Positions 18,697 to 28,083 are shown, counted from the stretch's first letter. The stretch: 30,155 bases of DNA from Armatimonadota bacterium (GCA_052386995.1 JBQTJP010000061.1:1-30155); one strand, 5' to 3'. Notes: generated from the letters alone by a model not told the origin. Program-made: numbers and translations.

Positions 18697-20173
18697 GCGC
18701 GGCGGCCTCCTCTGCGCGGGGGGCCGATGCGTCGGAGCGCACGGCCGCCTCGAGGGGTGGGCGGCGCTCGTGCCAGGAGGTCTCCTGCTCGTAGGCGTGC
18801 GCGACGCGGAACATCATGCCTTCATCAAAAGCCTTGGCGGCGATCTGCATCCCGACCGGGAGACCCGCGGACGTGAACCCGCAGGGAATCGAGACCGCCG
18901 GATGTCCTGACAGGTTGAACTGCCGTGTTCCCCAACTCGAATCGGGTGGGCCGGCCCGCTGCGTCTCCAGCGTAAACGCGGGGTACGGCAACGTCGGCAT
19001 CACCAGCGCGTCGATGCGCCGCATCACCGCGTCGAGCTCCTGGATCCACAACTGCCGGAGTTGCGCGGCCTGCTGATACTCCGCGGCCGAGTAGAAGGCG
19101 CCGCAGGCAATGCGGCGGCGCGAGCGCGGCCCATACTCGGACCAGCGGTCGCGCAGCCGGGATGCGTGTGCGCCGAACGCCTCCGCCGCGATGACCACGC
19201 TGTAGATGGGCTGCAGGTCACCCGCGTGCGGCAGAGCGACCGGCTCGAGCCGCGAGCCCAGGCGCTCGAGCGTACGCAGTGCCCGCTGGATCGCCGCCTC
19301 GACGTCGGCCTCGAGCCCCCCGAAGTAGTGGTGCGGGGGCACGCCCAAGACCAGACCCTTGACCCCCTTGTCCAACCCCGCGGTGAAGTCCGGCACCGGC
19401 ACGCGCGCGCTGTTGGGATCACGCGGGTCGTACCCGGCCATGACATTGAGCAGCATCGCGCAGTCCCGTACGGTCCGCGTCATCGGGCCGGCGTTGTCGA
19501 GGCTCCATGCGAGCGGGATCACCCCGTAACGGCTCACGCGCCCGTAAGTCGGCTTCAGGCCGACGATGCCGCAGAAGCTCGCGGGGACACGGATCGACCC
19601 CCCCGTATCTGAGCCGGTCGCGGCCACAGCCAGCCCCGCGGCGATGGCATTCGCGGATCCCGCGCTCGATCCGCCGGTGTAGTGCGCCAGGCTCCACGGG
19701 TTGCGCGCCATGCCAAAGACATCCATGTTGCCGTTCGCGAACTCGGTGGTGTTGGTCTTGCCCAGCAGGATCATGCCGGCGCGCAGCAACCGCCCGACGT
19801 GCGTGGCATCGTGATCGGGCACGAAGTCGAGCAAGGTGCGCGAGTGCGCCGTCGTGCGCACGCCCTTGGTCTGGGAGATGTCCTTGACCGAGAGCGGAAT
19901 GCCGTGCAGCGGCCCGCGGTGCCGGCCGCGCGCGATCTCCCGCTCGGCGCGTTTTGCCGCAACGAGCGCGGACTCACGGCAGACCGTGATGTAGCTCTTC
20001 AGCGTGTCGTCGAACCGGTCGATGCGGTCCAACAGCGCGGTGACGAGGTCGAGAGGCGAGACTTGCCTGCGGGCGATCAGGCGGCTCAACTGGAAGACAG
20101 GGATGAACGGGAGCTCCGAAGCCTTCGGTTCGTGATGACGCGCCGTCGTGCGCCCCGTTCGTGGCATGGCCAT
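18686..20173 (-). CDS. Amidase-signature family enzyme (GatA/AtzE-like)
   Basis: [12 protein letters not shown] (Lys), [58 protein letters not shown]. Start is ATG 20173 or 20167. Confidence 0.95.
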   Translation of the reverse strand: MAMPRTGRTTARHHEPKASELPFIPVFQLSRLIARRQVSPLDLVTALLDRIDRFDDTLKSYITVCRESALVAAKRAEREIARGRHRGPLHGIPLSVKDISQTKGVRTTAHSRTLLDFVPDHDATHVGRLLRAGMILLGKTNTTEFANGNMDVFGMARNPWSLAHYTGGSSAGSANAIAAGLAVAATGSDTGGSIRVPASFCGIVGLKPTYGRVSRYGVIPLAWSLDNAGPMTRTVRDCAMLLNVMAGYDPRDPNSARVPVPDFTAGLDKGVKGLVLGVPPHHYFGGLEADVEAAIQRALRTLERLGSRLEPVALPHAGDLQPIYSVVIAAEAFGAHASRLRDRWSEYGPRSRRRIACGAFYSAAEYQQAAQLRQLWIQELDAVMRRIDALVMPTLPYPAFTLETQRAGPPDSSWGTRQFNLSGHPAVSIPCGFTSAGLPVGMQIAAKAFDEGMMFRVAHAYEQETSWHERRPPLEAAVRSDASAPRAEEAAAHAG

Positions 20174-20230
20174 CCGAGCATTCGGTCCGCGGCGCGGGGG
20201 CCCCTGCAGGGAATGATTGAAGATGCGAGG

Positions 20231-20246
20231 AAGTGTGAACACACTT
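20231..20246. promoter_or_regulatory. Perfect inverted repeat AAGTGTG-AA-CACACTT; candidate operator
   Basis: Exact 7-2-7 palindrome in the divergent amidase / binding-protein gap. It overlaps a possible + strand promoter TTGAAG(20217-20222)-N17-CACACT(20240-20245). Confidence 0.55.
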
Positions 20247-20286
20247 TCAGGCTCGAGATCCGATAGCAACGGGGGGAGATCCTCGC

Positions 20287-21852
20287 ATGCGTAGCCGGAG
20301 AATAGGCGCGGTGATTTGGCTCCTATCGGCGCTGCTGGTCCTCACGCTGGGACCCAGGTCCGGGGCGGGGCCGGCACGCGGCACGAAGATCGTGGTGGGT
20401 TTCGATACCGACCCGCCGTCGCTCGATGGCCATGCGAACACGAACTTGGCCAGTGATCAGCTGTTCGCCCATCTCTATGACCGGCTGGTTATGTTCGACA
20501 TGCGGTCGACTATCGTGCCGCAGCTAGCCACCGAGTGGAGCGTCTCCAGCAACGGACTCACGTGGACGTTCAGACTGCGGCGAAACCACAAGTTCCACGA
20601 CGGCACCCCTGTGAACGCCGCGGCCGTCAAGGCGAGCTTCGACAGGCTCTTCGACCCGCGAAACCAGTTCTCGCGGCGTGCCGTGTTTGAGGCGATCAAA
20701 CGGGTCGACGTGGTCGACGAGTACACGGTCTCCTTTACCACCGAAAAACCGTTCGGGGCGATGCTCAACACGATGGCCAATCCCTCGGCGTCCATCGTCA
20801 GCCCGACCGCGGCGGCCAAACAGGACATTAGCACGTTCGGGCGGTTCCCGGTCGGCTCGGGGCCCTTCTTCTTCCGCGAATGGATCCGCGGGACGCGCAT
20901 CCTCCTCCGAAAGAATCCTGCGCACTGGTTGGCGTCTCAAAGCAACATCACCGAGATCGAGTACCGGCCCATTCCCGATGACGCGACGCGCGCGATCGGG
21001 CTCGAGACGGGCGAGCTCGACTTCGTGACCACCATCGCCCCGCAGGAAGCCAAGCGGCTGGGCAACAATCCCAACCTGGTCGTCTACAACCTCCCCCGCT
21101 CGCGCATTCAGGGCCTCTATCCCAATGTGACGAAGAAGCCGTGGAGCGATCTACGCGTGCGTCAGGCCATGGCGCACGCCATCGATAACCGCGCGATCGT
21201 CGACACCTTCCTCGCGGGGTTCGCGCGGGTGGCGGACTCACCGCTGCCCCCGGGCGTGTTTCCGTACAAGGCCCAGGCCGCCCGCTACAACTATGACCCG
21301 GAACGCGCGAAGCGGCTGCTGGCCGAGGCCGGCTATCCCAACGGCTTCTCCTCTACGATGTGGGTCCCGGTCGGCACCTACGCGGCCGCCCAACAGATCT
21401 CCGAGGCGGTCGCCGACATGCTGAGGAAGGTCGGCATCAACCTGAAGCTCGAAGTGATGGAAAGCGGACAGTGGTTGGTGCTGCTGCGCTCGAAAGGCCC
21501 CAGGGAATCCACGCTGGAGATGACCTATTACGGCTGGGGCACGCAGACGGGTGAGGCCGACTACGCACTGCGGCTGGTGTTCCATTCGGACAACTTCGCC
21601 CCGCTATGCTGCAACAGGAACTTCTACTCCAATCCAGAGCTCGATGCGCTCATCGACAAGGCCTTGGGCTCCACGAACGTTGCGGAAAGGCGCGCGGCCT
21701 ATGAGCGCGCGCAGGAGATCCTCTGGCGCGATCTCCCGTGGATCTGGATCTTCACGGTCAACCACTCGTCGGTTGGGAACCGGGCCCTGACGGGTGTCCA
21801 GCTCCTGCCGGTGGAGTTGATCCACTTCAGGGAGGCCAGCATCGCTCGGTAA
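20287..21852 (+). CDS. ABC transporter substrate-binding protein, family 5 (GsiB/DppA-like)
   Basis: GGGGAG RBS, signal peptide, PQLATEW, KFHDGTP, PVGSGPF, AKRLLAEAGYPNGF. The C-terminal GWGTQTGEADYAL...FYSN...AQEILWRDLPWI recalls glutathione-binding GsiB. Confidence 0.93.
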   Translation: MRSRRIGAVIWLLSALLVLTLGPRSGAGPARGTKIVVGFDTDPPSLDGHANTNLASDQLFAHLYDRLVMFDMRSTIVPQLATEWSVSSNGLTWTFRLRRNHKFHDGTPVNAAAVKASFDRLFDPRNQFSRRAVFEAIKRVDVVDEYTVSFTTEKPFGAMLNTMANPSASIVSPTAAAKQDISTFGRFPVGSGPFFFREWIRGTRILLRKNPAHWLASQSNITEIEYRPIPDDATRAIGLETGELDFVTTIAPQEAKRLGNNPNLVVYNLPRSRIQGLYPNVTKKPWSDLRVRQAMAHAIDNRAIVDTFLAGFARVADSPLPPGVFPYKAQAARYNYDPERAKRLLAEAGYPNGFSSTMWVPVGTYAAAQQISEAVADMLRKVGINLKLEVMESGQWLVLLRSKGPRESTLEMTYYGWGTQTGEADYALRLVFHSDNFAPLCCNRNFYSNPELDALIDKALGSTNVAERRAAYERAQEILWRDLPWIWIFTVNHSSVGNRALTGVQLLPVELIHFREASIAR

Positions 21853-21876
21853 ACACGTGACGACCAGCGGCGTCTG

Positions 21877-21910
21877 GCGGCGGCCCCGGGGGATTCCTCG
21901 GGGCTGTCGC
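21877..21910 (+). promoter_or_regulatory. Intercistronic 15-bp RNA hairpin between the binding protein and permease genes
   Basis: GCGGCGGCCCCGGGG-GATT-CCTCGGGGCTGTCGC gives 12 Watson-Crick and 3 G-U pairs with a 4-nt loop; no U-tract follows. Confidence 0.7.
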
Positions 21911-21942
21911 TCAGGAGCCGAGCCGGGTGAGTCGGGAGCCAT

Positions 21943-22866
21943 ATGATGCTCGCCTACGTCGTGCGCCGGTTCGCTGAAGGCGTCCTCACCGTCTTCGGGC
22001 TCTCGCTGCTGGTGTTTCTCTCGCTGCATCTGGCGCCCGGCGATCCCGCCGCCATCATCGCGGGCAATCAGGCCAGGGAAGAAGAACTGGTCGTGATCCG
22101 TCAGCGCTATGGGCTCAACGATCCCCTGCCGGTGCAATACTTGAGCTGGGCGGCGCGCGTCATGCGGGGCGATTTCGGCACCTCCCACTGGGGCGAGCGG
22201 CCGGTGGGACCGGACCTGGCCAGGGCCTTCCCGATCAGCATGAGTCTGGCTTTCGGCGGGCTGGCCGTCGCCGTCGGCGTGGGGATTCCGCTCGGTGTGC
22301 TGGCCGCGGTCCGCCGCGACGGTCCGCTGGATCTCAGCATCATGGGGCTGGCCGTCGCGGGTATGTCGATGCCGGTTTTCTGGATCTCGCTGCTGCTCAT
22401 TCTCCTGTTCGGGCTGCGCCTGGGCTGGCTGCCATCGTCCGGCTGGGGTACGCTCCCGCACGCTATCTTGCCGGTGTTTTCCGTGAGCCTGGCCAGCCTG
22501 GCGCTGCTGGCGCGCATGACGCGCTCGTTGATGGTCGAACTGCTCCTGGAAGACTTCGTCCGGACCGCGAGGGCCAAAGGGCTCGCATCCCGGATCGTGT
22601 TCTACAAGCACGCGCTGCGCAATGCCCTTCCTCCGCTGATGACGGTCATCGGCCTGCGTCTCGGCCTGCTGGTGGGCGGCGCCGTGATCACCGAAACGGT
22701 CTTCGCGGTTCCCGGTCTGGGTCGCATGATCGTCCAGGCCGTGAACCAGCGCGATTTCCCCATCGTGCAGGGCGGGGTGCTGCTGATCGCCCTGGCGGTG
22801 ATCGTCATCAACTTTGCGGTGGATCTGATCTACCTGCTGCTGGATCCCCGCATTCGCTACGCGTAA
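21943..22866 (+). CDS. Peptide/nickel ABC transporter permease (DppB-like)
   Basis: YVVRR, APGDPA, GDFGTS, DFVRTARAKGL, HALRNA, ETVFAVPGLG, RDFPIVQG, DPRIRY. GGGAG RBS. Confidence 0.95.
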   Translation: MMLAYVVRRFAEGVLTVFGLSLLVFLSLHLAPGDPAAIIAGNQAREEELVVIRQRYGLNDPLPVQYLSWAARVMRGDFGTSHWGERPVGPDLARAFPISMSLAFGGLAVAVGVGIPLGVLAAVRRDGPLDLSIMGLAVAGMSMPVFWISLLLILLFGLRLGWLPSSGWGTLPHAILPVFSVSLASLALLARMTRSLMVELLLEDFVRTARAKGLASRIVFYKHALRNALPPLMTVIGLRLGLLVGGAVITETVFAVPGLGRMIVQAVNQRDFPIVQGGVLLIALAVIVINFAVDLIYLLLDPRIRYA

Positions 22867-22874
22867 GGTGCGGG

Positions 22875-23711
22875 TTGCGCTGGAAGACGCTGCTCAGATC
22901 CACACCGGGACTGGTCGGGACCATCATCGTAGCGGTGTTTCTCGGGATAGCGGCGTTTGCGCCCATCCTCGCCCCGGCCGATCCCACGGACCAGAATTTG
23001 CGGACGGCCCTCCGCCCCCCGGGGCAGAATGGGTACCTCCTGGGCAGCGACGAGCTCGGTCGCGATACCCTGTCGCGGATCATCTATGGCTCCCGGATCT
23101 CGCTGGCCATCGGGGTGGCGGCCGTGGCCTTTGGCGTCCTGTTGGGCATCCCGCTCGGCTTGGCATCGGGCTTCTACGGCGGGCCGCTCGACAGCCTGAC
23201 GATGCGGATCGCGGACATGCTGCTGGCCGTTCCCCGGCTGCTGCTCGGCATCGTGATCGTCGCCACCTGGGGCATCGGATTCTGGACGCTCGTGCTCGCC
23301 ATCGGATTCCCCGACGTGCCGATCTTCGCGCGCCTGGTGCGCGGCTCGACGCTGACGGTCTCGCAGATGGAGTACGTCACGGCGGCCCGGGCCCTGGGAT
23401 CCCCTGATGCGCGCATCATGCTGCGGCACATCCTCCCGAATCTCATCGGCCCTGTCACGGTGCAATCGACGTTCTCGATGGCGGCCGCGATCCTGACCGC
23501 GGGAGGGTTGAGCTTCCTCGGCCTCGGCGTGCGGCCGCCGACACCTGAGTGGGGCTACATGCTCGCACAGGCCCGCACGTACATGCGCGTGGCCCCGCAT
23601 CTGATCACATTCCCCGGCATTGCCCTGGCCGCCGTCGTCCTCGGGATCAACCTGCTCGGCGACGCCCTGCGCCAGGCCTATGATCCGCGCTTTCGCGGAA
23701 AGGAGGCATGA
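22875..23711 (+). CDS. Peptide/nickel ABC transporter permease (DppC-like)
   Basis: LGSDELGRDTLSRIIYGSRIS, EYVTAARALG, RHILPN, LSFLGLG, NLLGDALR...DPR. TTG start after AAGGTG. Confidence 0.95.
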   Translation: MRWKTLLRSTPGLVGTIIVAVFLGIAAFAPILAPADPTDQNLRTALRPPGQNGYLLGSDELGRDTLSRIIYGSRISLAIGVAAVAFGVLLGIPLGLASGFYGGPLDSLTMRIADMLLAVPRLLLGIVIVATWGIGFWTLVLAIGFPDVPIFARLVRGSTLTVSQMEYVTAARALGSPDARIMLRHILPNLIGPVTVQSTFSMAAAILTAGGLSFLGLGVRPPTPEWGYMLAQARTYMRVAPHLITFPGIALAAVVLGINLLGDALRQAYDPRFRGKEA

Positions 23712-24883
23712 CCGTGCTCAGTCAGGCGCCGGGCCGGCAGATCACGTACAAGCCGGTGATGACCGACGAGATGATCGAAGCCGCAGTGCGCGTCCTGCGC
23801 GGCGGCCAGTACATCAGGAGTCTTCCGCTCGAGGATTCCGAGGGAAAGCGGTTCGAGGACGAGTTCTGCGCGTACATCGGCACGAAGCACGCCGTCAACG
23901 TGTCCAGCGGCACGGCGGCGATGCACCTGGCGCTGCTCGCCGCCGGTGTGACGTCCGGGGATGAGGTCATTACCGTTCCCAACACCTTCTCGTCGGTAGC
24001 CGACGTCATCATCCTGTGCGGGGCGAGGCCGGTCTTCGTCGACGTCGAGCCAGACACGTACAACATGGACACGAGCCAGATCGAAGCGAAGATCACCCCG
24101 CGCACCCGGGCCATTCTGCCGGTGCACATGAACGGCCACGCGGTGGACATGGACCCCCTGATGGCCATCGCAGGGCGAGCCGGCCTGAAGATCATCGAAG
24201 ACGTCTGCCATGCCGCCGGGGCGAGGTACAACGGCCGTTTTCTGGGAACGATCGGCGACGCGGGCTGCTTCTCGTTCGTGCAGAACAAATGCATCTCCGT
24301 GGGCGGCGAGGGCGGCATGATCGCCACGAACGATCCCCACCTGTGGGAGCGCTGCATGATGATGGCCAACCACGGCCGCGGCCGGCGGTGGTTCGAGGGG
24401 CGCAAGGCCCATCGCGTCTACCGGGCGCAGCAGATCGAGATGATCGGCTTCAACTACCGCCAGAACGAGCTGCTGTCGGCCATCGGGCGGATTCAACTGC
24501 GCCATCTCGACGAGTGGAACGCGCGCCGGCGCGCCAACGCCGCGCTCTACGGCCGGCTCCTGTCCGCTTTCTCCAACGATCTGACGCTGCCGATCACCAA
24601 AGCGTACGCGACCCACAGCGTGCTGCGCTACGTGGCCCAAACGCCGCAGCGCGACGCCCTCAAGGCGCACCTGGAGCGCCACGGCATCCACATCATGGTG
24701 GAGTACGGCACGCCGATTCACCTCGACCACGCGTACCAGCCCTACTGCGGCGCGCCGGAGGGGACGTTCCCGGTCACCGAGCGGCTGGCGCAGACGATCC
24801 TGACCTTCCCCTGCTATCAGACACTCGGAGACGATGACATCGCGTACGTCGCGGACGTGATCAGGAAGTTCTACGAGCGTTGA
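23708..24883 (+). CDS. DegT/DnrJ/EryC1/StrS family PLP aminotransferase (paralog 1)
   Basis: VSSGTAAMHLAL, GDEVITVPNTF, PVHMNG, IEDVCHAAG, FSFVQNKCISVGGEGG (canonical spacing), GFNYR. AAGGAGG RBS and ATGA overlap with the permease. Confidence 0.95.
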   Translation: MTVLSQAPGRQITYKPVMTDEMIEAAVRVLRGGQYIRSLPLEDSEGKRFEDEFCAYIGTKHAVNVSSGTAAMHLALLAAGVTSGDEVITVPNTFSSVADVIILCGARPVFVDVEPDTYNMDTSQIEAKITPRTRAILPVHMNGHAVDMDPLMAIAGRAGLKIIEDVCHAAGARYNGRFLGTIGDAGCFSFVQNKCISVGGEGGMIATNDPHLWERCMMMANHGRGRRWFEGRKAHRVYRAQQIEMIGFNYRQNELLSAIGRIQLRHLDEWNARRRANAALYGRLLSAFSNDLTLPITKAYATHSVLRYVAQTPQRDALKAHLERHGIHIMVEYGTPIHLDHAYQPYCGAPEGTFPVTERLAQTILTFPCYQTLGDDDIAYVADVIRKFYER

Positions 24884-24915
24884 GCCCTCGAGACGATCTC
24901 GCGGGAGGTGGGCAT

Positions 24916-26040
24916 GTGGCTGCGGTGCGGGGCCGGATCACGACGCGCCTGACGGTCATCGACGACGAGGTCCGCGATACGGTGCTGAAGGTGCTCGAGC
25001 GCACCCCGTACTACGCCGGGCCGGAGACGGGGGCCTTCGAGGCGGAGGTCGCGGCCTATTGCGGCGTCCGGTGCGGCGTGTCGGCAAATTCGGGAACCTC
25101 CGCCCTGCTCCTGGCGCTGATGGCCTGCGGCATCGGACCCGGCGACGAGGTCATCGTCCCCACGAACACGTTCGTGTCGGTGCCCGAATGCGTGCTCTTC
25201 ATCGGCGCCAGGCCGGTGCTCACCGATGTGGAGTCCGACGGCAACATCAGCCGGGCCATCGTCGAGCGCCATCTCACCGCCCGCACCCGGGCCGTGATTC
25301 CGGTGCACACGTTCGGCCATCCGGTCGACATGGATCCCCTGATGGCCCTGGCGCGTGAGCGAGATCTGCGTGTGATCGAGGACGGGGCCCATGCGCTCGG
25401 CGCGCGCTACCATCGCCGGCGCGTCGGATCGCTGGGACACGTCGGGTTTTTTTCGTTCGCTGGCAAGTCGATCACGGTCTGCGGGCAGGCGGGGATGGCG
25501 GTCACCGATGACGCGGATCTCGCCGCCGATATGGCGGCGCGGCGGGTCCACGGCTGGAACCAGACGGTCGGGAACGTCTGGCACGTTGCCGAGCGCCTGG
25601 GCTTGAACCTGAGGACGAGCGAACTGCTGTCGGCGATCGGCCGCGTAAATCTACGAAGGCTGGATGGGTGGACCGCGGCGCGCGCGGCGAATGCCGCGCG
25701 GTACAGCGCCAGGCTGTCCGCCGGGGGCGCGCCGGTGACGCTGCCCGCCACGCGACCCGATCAGGAGCCCGGATGGCTGCACTACGTCATCCGCGCGCCG
25801 CGGCGCGACGCGCTGCGCGAATTCTTGCGCGAACGGGGTATCGACACGCAGATCCACTACCCGGTTCCCCTCCACGGGCAGCCGGCGTTCCAGCCCCTCG
25901 CGCCCGATCCATCGGCGTTTCCCGTCGCGGAGGCCATGGCCGCGGACATGCTCACGCTGCCGTCGCACCCCTGGATGAAGGCCGAGGAGATCGATCTCGT
26001 GGCGGACGCCGTGCTCGAATATTTCCGGAGCCCACGATGA
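24916..26040 (+). CDS. DegT/DnrJ/EryC1/StrS family PLP aminotransferase (paralog 2)
   Basis: ANSGTSAL, GDEVIVPTNTF, PVHTFGH, IEDGAHALG, FSFAGKSITVCGQAGM, GLNLR, IHYPVPLH. GTG 24916 is preferred because GGAGG lies 7 nt upstream. Confidence 0.93.
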   Translation: MAAVRGRITTRLTVIDDEVRDTVLKVLERTPYYAGPETGAFEAEVAAYCGVRCGVSANSGTSALLLALMACGIGPGDEVIVPTNTFVSVPECVLFIGARPVLTDVESDGNISRAIVERHLTARTRAVIPVHTFGHPVDMDPLMALARERDLRVIEDGAHALGARYHRRRVGSLGHVGFFSFAGKSITVCGQAGMAVTDDADLAADMAARRVHGWNQTVGNVWHVAERLGLNLRTSELLSAIGRVNLRRLDGWTAARAANAARYSARLSAGGAPVTLPATRPDQEPGWLHYVIRAPRRDALREFLRERGIDTQIHYPVPLHGQPAFQPLAPDPSAFPVAEAMAADMLTLPSHPWMKAEEIDLVADAVLEYFRSPR

Positions 26041-27155
26041 GCACACTGGTCACATATCGTAGTATGTGGACGCCGTTCGACGACGAGATGCGCGAGGCGA
26101 TGCTCCGGCCGACCCCGGGCCCGGTGTACTATGACGGGCCGGAATGCGACGCGTTCGAGCGCGAGATGGCCGCCTACCTGGGGACGCGCCACGCCGTCGC
26201 GGTCTCTTCGGGCACCGCGGCGCTCCATGTGGCGATGAGGGCGCTCGGGATCGGGCCCGGGGATGAGGTGATCGTTCCCGCCAACGGCTACCTCAGTGCC
26301 GCCGAGTGCACCATCGCGCTGGGCGCCCGGCCGATGTACTGCGACGTTGAGGAGGCCACGGCCAATCTGAACGTCGAGACCGTCGAGCCCCACCTGACCA
26401 CGAAGACGAAGGCGATCATCGTCATCCACACCTACGGGCACGCTGTCGACATGGAGCCGCTCATGGCGCTGGCCCGGCGGCGTGGGATCTACATCATCGA
26501 GGACGCCGCGCACGCGCTTGGCGGCGAGTACAGGGGGCGCAGGCTGGGGAGCATCGGCGACGTCGGCTTCGCCAGCTTCGCGCGCAAGTGCGTCACGGTG
26601 GCCGGCCAGGGCGGCATGGCCTTCACGAACGACGCGCGGTGGGCCGAGCGGATGATGCGGCTGCGCCGCCACGGATGGGACCGCGGCGATCCGTACCGCA
26701 GCCAGGTGGCGCTGGTGGGACTCAACTGCGTGATGAACGAATGCCAGGCGGCCGTCGGCCGGGTGTCGCTGTCACGGCTCGATCGGCACAACGCGGCACG
26801 CGCGGCCAACGCGCGGCGGTACACCGACGGCATCCGCGAGCGCAACGTACCGGTCCGGCCGTTCGCGCTGATGCCGTGGGCCAGGCACGGGTGGCTGCAC
26901 TATGTCGTCCGGGCCCCCCGCCGCGATGACCTGCTGGCCTTCCTGAACACCCGTGGCATCGAGTGCGCGATTCACTACCGGCATCCCGTCTACCGCGCGC
27001 CGGCGTATCTCGCGGCGACGCAAGACGATCCGGGGCCGCGGCCGGTCACGGACCGGCTGGCTGAGGAGATCATCACGCTGCCGTCCCATCCGGACATGGG
27101 CGACGGCATCGACGTGGTCCTGAACGAGATGGCCGCGTTCTACGAGCGCCGGTAA
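26037..27155 (+). CDS. DegT/DnrJ/EryC1/StrS family PLP aminotransferase (paralog 3)
   Basis: VSSGTAALH, GDEVIVPAN, IHTYGH, IEDAAHALG, ASFARKCVTVAGQGGM, IITLPSHP. ATGA overlap with paralog 2 places the start at 26037. Confidence 0.93.
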   Translation: MSTLVTYRSMWTPFDDEMREAMLRPTPGPVYYDGPECDAFEREMAAYLGTRHAVAVSSGTAALHVAMRALGIGPGDEVIVPANGYLSAAECTIALGARPMYCDVEEATANLNVETVEPHLTTKTKAIIVIHTYGHAVDMEPLMALARRRGIYIIEDAAHALGGEYRGRRLGSIGDVGFASFARKCVTVAGQGGMAFTNDARWAERMMRLRRHGWDRGDPYRSQVALVGLNCVMNECQAAVGRVSLSRLDRHNAARAANARRYTDGIRERNVPVRPFALMPWARHGWLHYVVRAPRRDDLLAFLNTRGIECAIHYRHPVYRAPAYLAATQDDPGPRPVTDRLAEEIITLPSHPDMGDGIDVVLNEMAAFYERR

Positions 27156-27169
27156 CGCCGGAGCGCGGC

Positions 27170-28039
27170 GTGACCGGCATGGGGCACGCGGCAGGCGGCG
27201 TGATCTGGCGCGATCGCACGCTCGACGTGGACGGTGTGCCCGCCCACTATCTCGAAGCCGGCGAAGGCGAAACGCTCGTCTTGATCCACGGCGCTTTGGC
27301 GTGGTGCTGCGCCGAGCTCACCTATGGCGCCGTCATCGGCCCGCTCAGCCGGTCCTTCCACGTCATCGCGCTCGACGTGATCGGCTTCGGCCTCACCCCC
27401 GGTCGAGGATCGCAGGACTTCAGCGCGCAGGCCCAGGGGGACTTCATCGTGCGGTTTCTCCGACAACTGGGCCGGCCGGCGCACCTGGCCGGCAACTCAC
27501 ATGGCGGCTGGCTCGTCCAATACGTCGCGCACCACGCGCCTGATCTGGCGCGCCGGCTGGTGATCATCAACAGCCTGAACGGCACGTCGCCGATCCCCGC
27601 GGAGTATCCCCTGCCGCGCGACACGGAGTGGCCTCCCACGCCCGATGGTGTCGCACGGTACCTGCGAGACTTCTACCTGCGCGAGGGCCTGGTCACCGAC
27701 GAACGCGTGCGGCGCACGCGTGAGATGTGGGCCCGTAATTTCGACTTCGCCCGGGACCGCCGGGCGGTCCTGGGCTCGACGCCGGTCGAGTGGAACCGCA
27801 ACCTTCTCTACCGCGGCGTCCACATCTCGGAGCACGCCGGCAGCCTGGGGAGACCGGTCCTGCTGACCTGGAGCCGGGAGAACACCGGCGCGAGCCCCAC
27901 GGACGCGGCGGCGTTTCTCCAGCGCCTGACCGACGGCGAGCTGCATGTCCTCACGGGGGCGAAGCACCACGTGCAGACCGAGCACCCCGAGCGGTGGACC
28001 GCGGCGGTCACGCAGTTCCTTCGAGCCCCCCGCGCCTGA
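27170..28039 (+). CDS. Alpha/beta-fold hydrolase (BphD/MhpC-like motifs)
   Basis: HYLEAGEG, LIHG, ALDVIGFG, nucleophile elbow GNSHGG, PVLLTW, AKHHVQTEHPE. Start uncertain (27170, 27179 or 27200). Confidence 0.88.
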   Translation: MTGMGHAAGGVIWRDRTLDVDGVPAHYLEAGEGETLVLIHGALAWCCAELTYGAVIGPLSRSFHVIALDVIGFGLTPGRGSQDFSAQAQGDFIVRFLRQLGRPAHLAGNSHGGWLVQYVAHHAPDLARRLVIINSLNGTSPIPAEYPLPRDTEWPPTPDGVARYLRDFYLREGLVTDERVRRTREMWARNFDFARDRRAVLGSTPVEWNRNLLYRGVHISEHAGSLGRPVLLTWSRENTGASPTDAAAFLQRLTDGELHVLTGAKHHVQTEHPERWTAAVTQFLRAPRA

Positions 28040-28083
28040 GGTCTTTCCTATAGCCCCACGGTGCCGCGCGGCTGTGGCAGCGT

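Noticed and set aside
18686..20173. Calling the amidase gatA
   Set aside because: No gatB nearby and the context is catabolic; the amidase signature alone does not identify GatA.
28040..28083. Possible terminator between the convergent hydrolase and DegT paralog 4
   Set aside because: Only a short, imperfect stem with no U-tract; not distinguishable from chance at this GC content.
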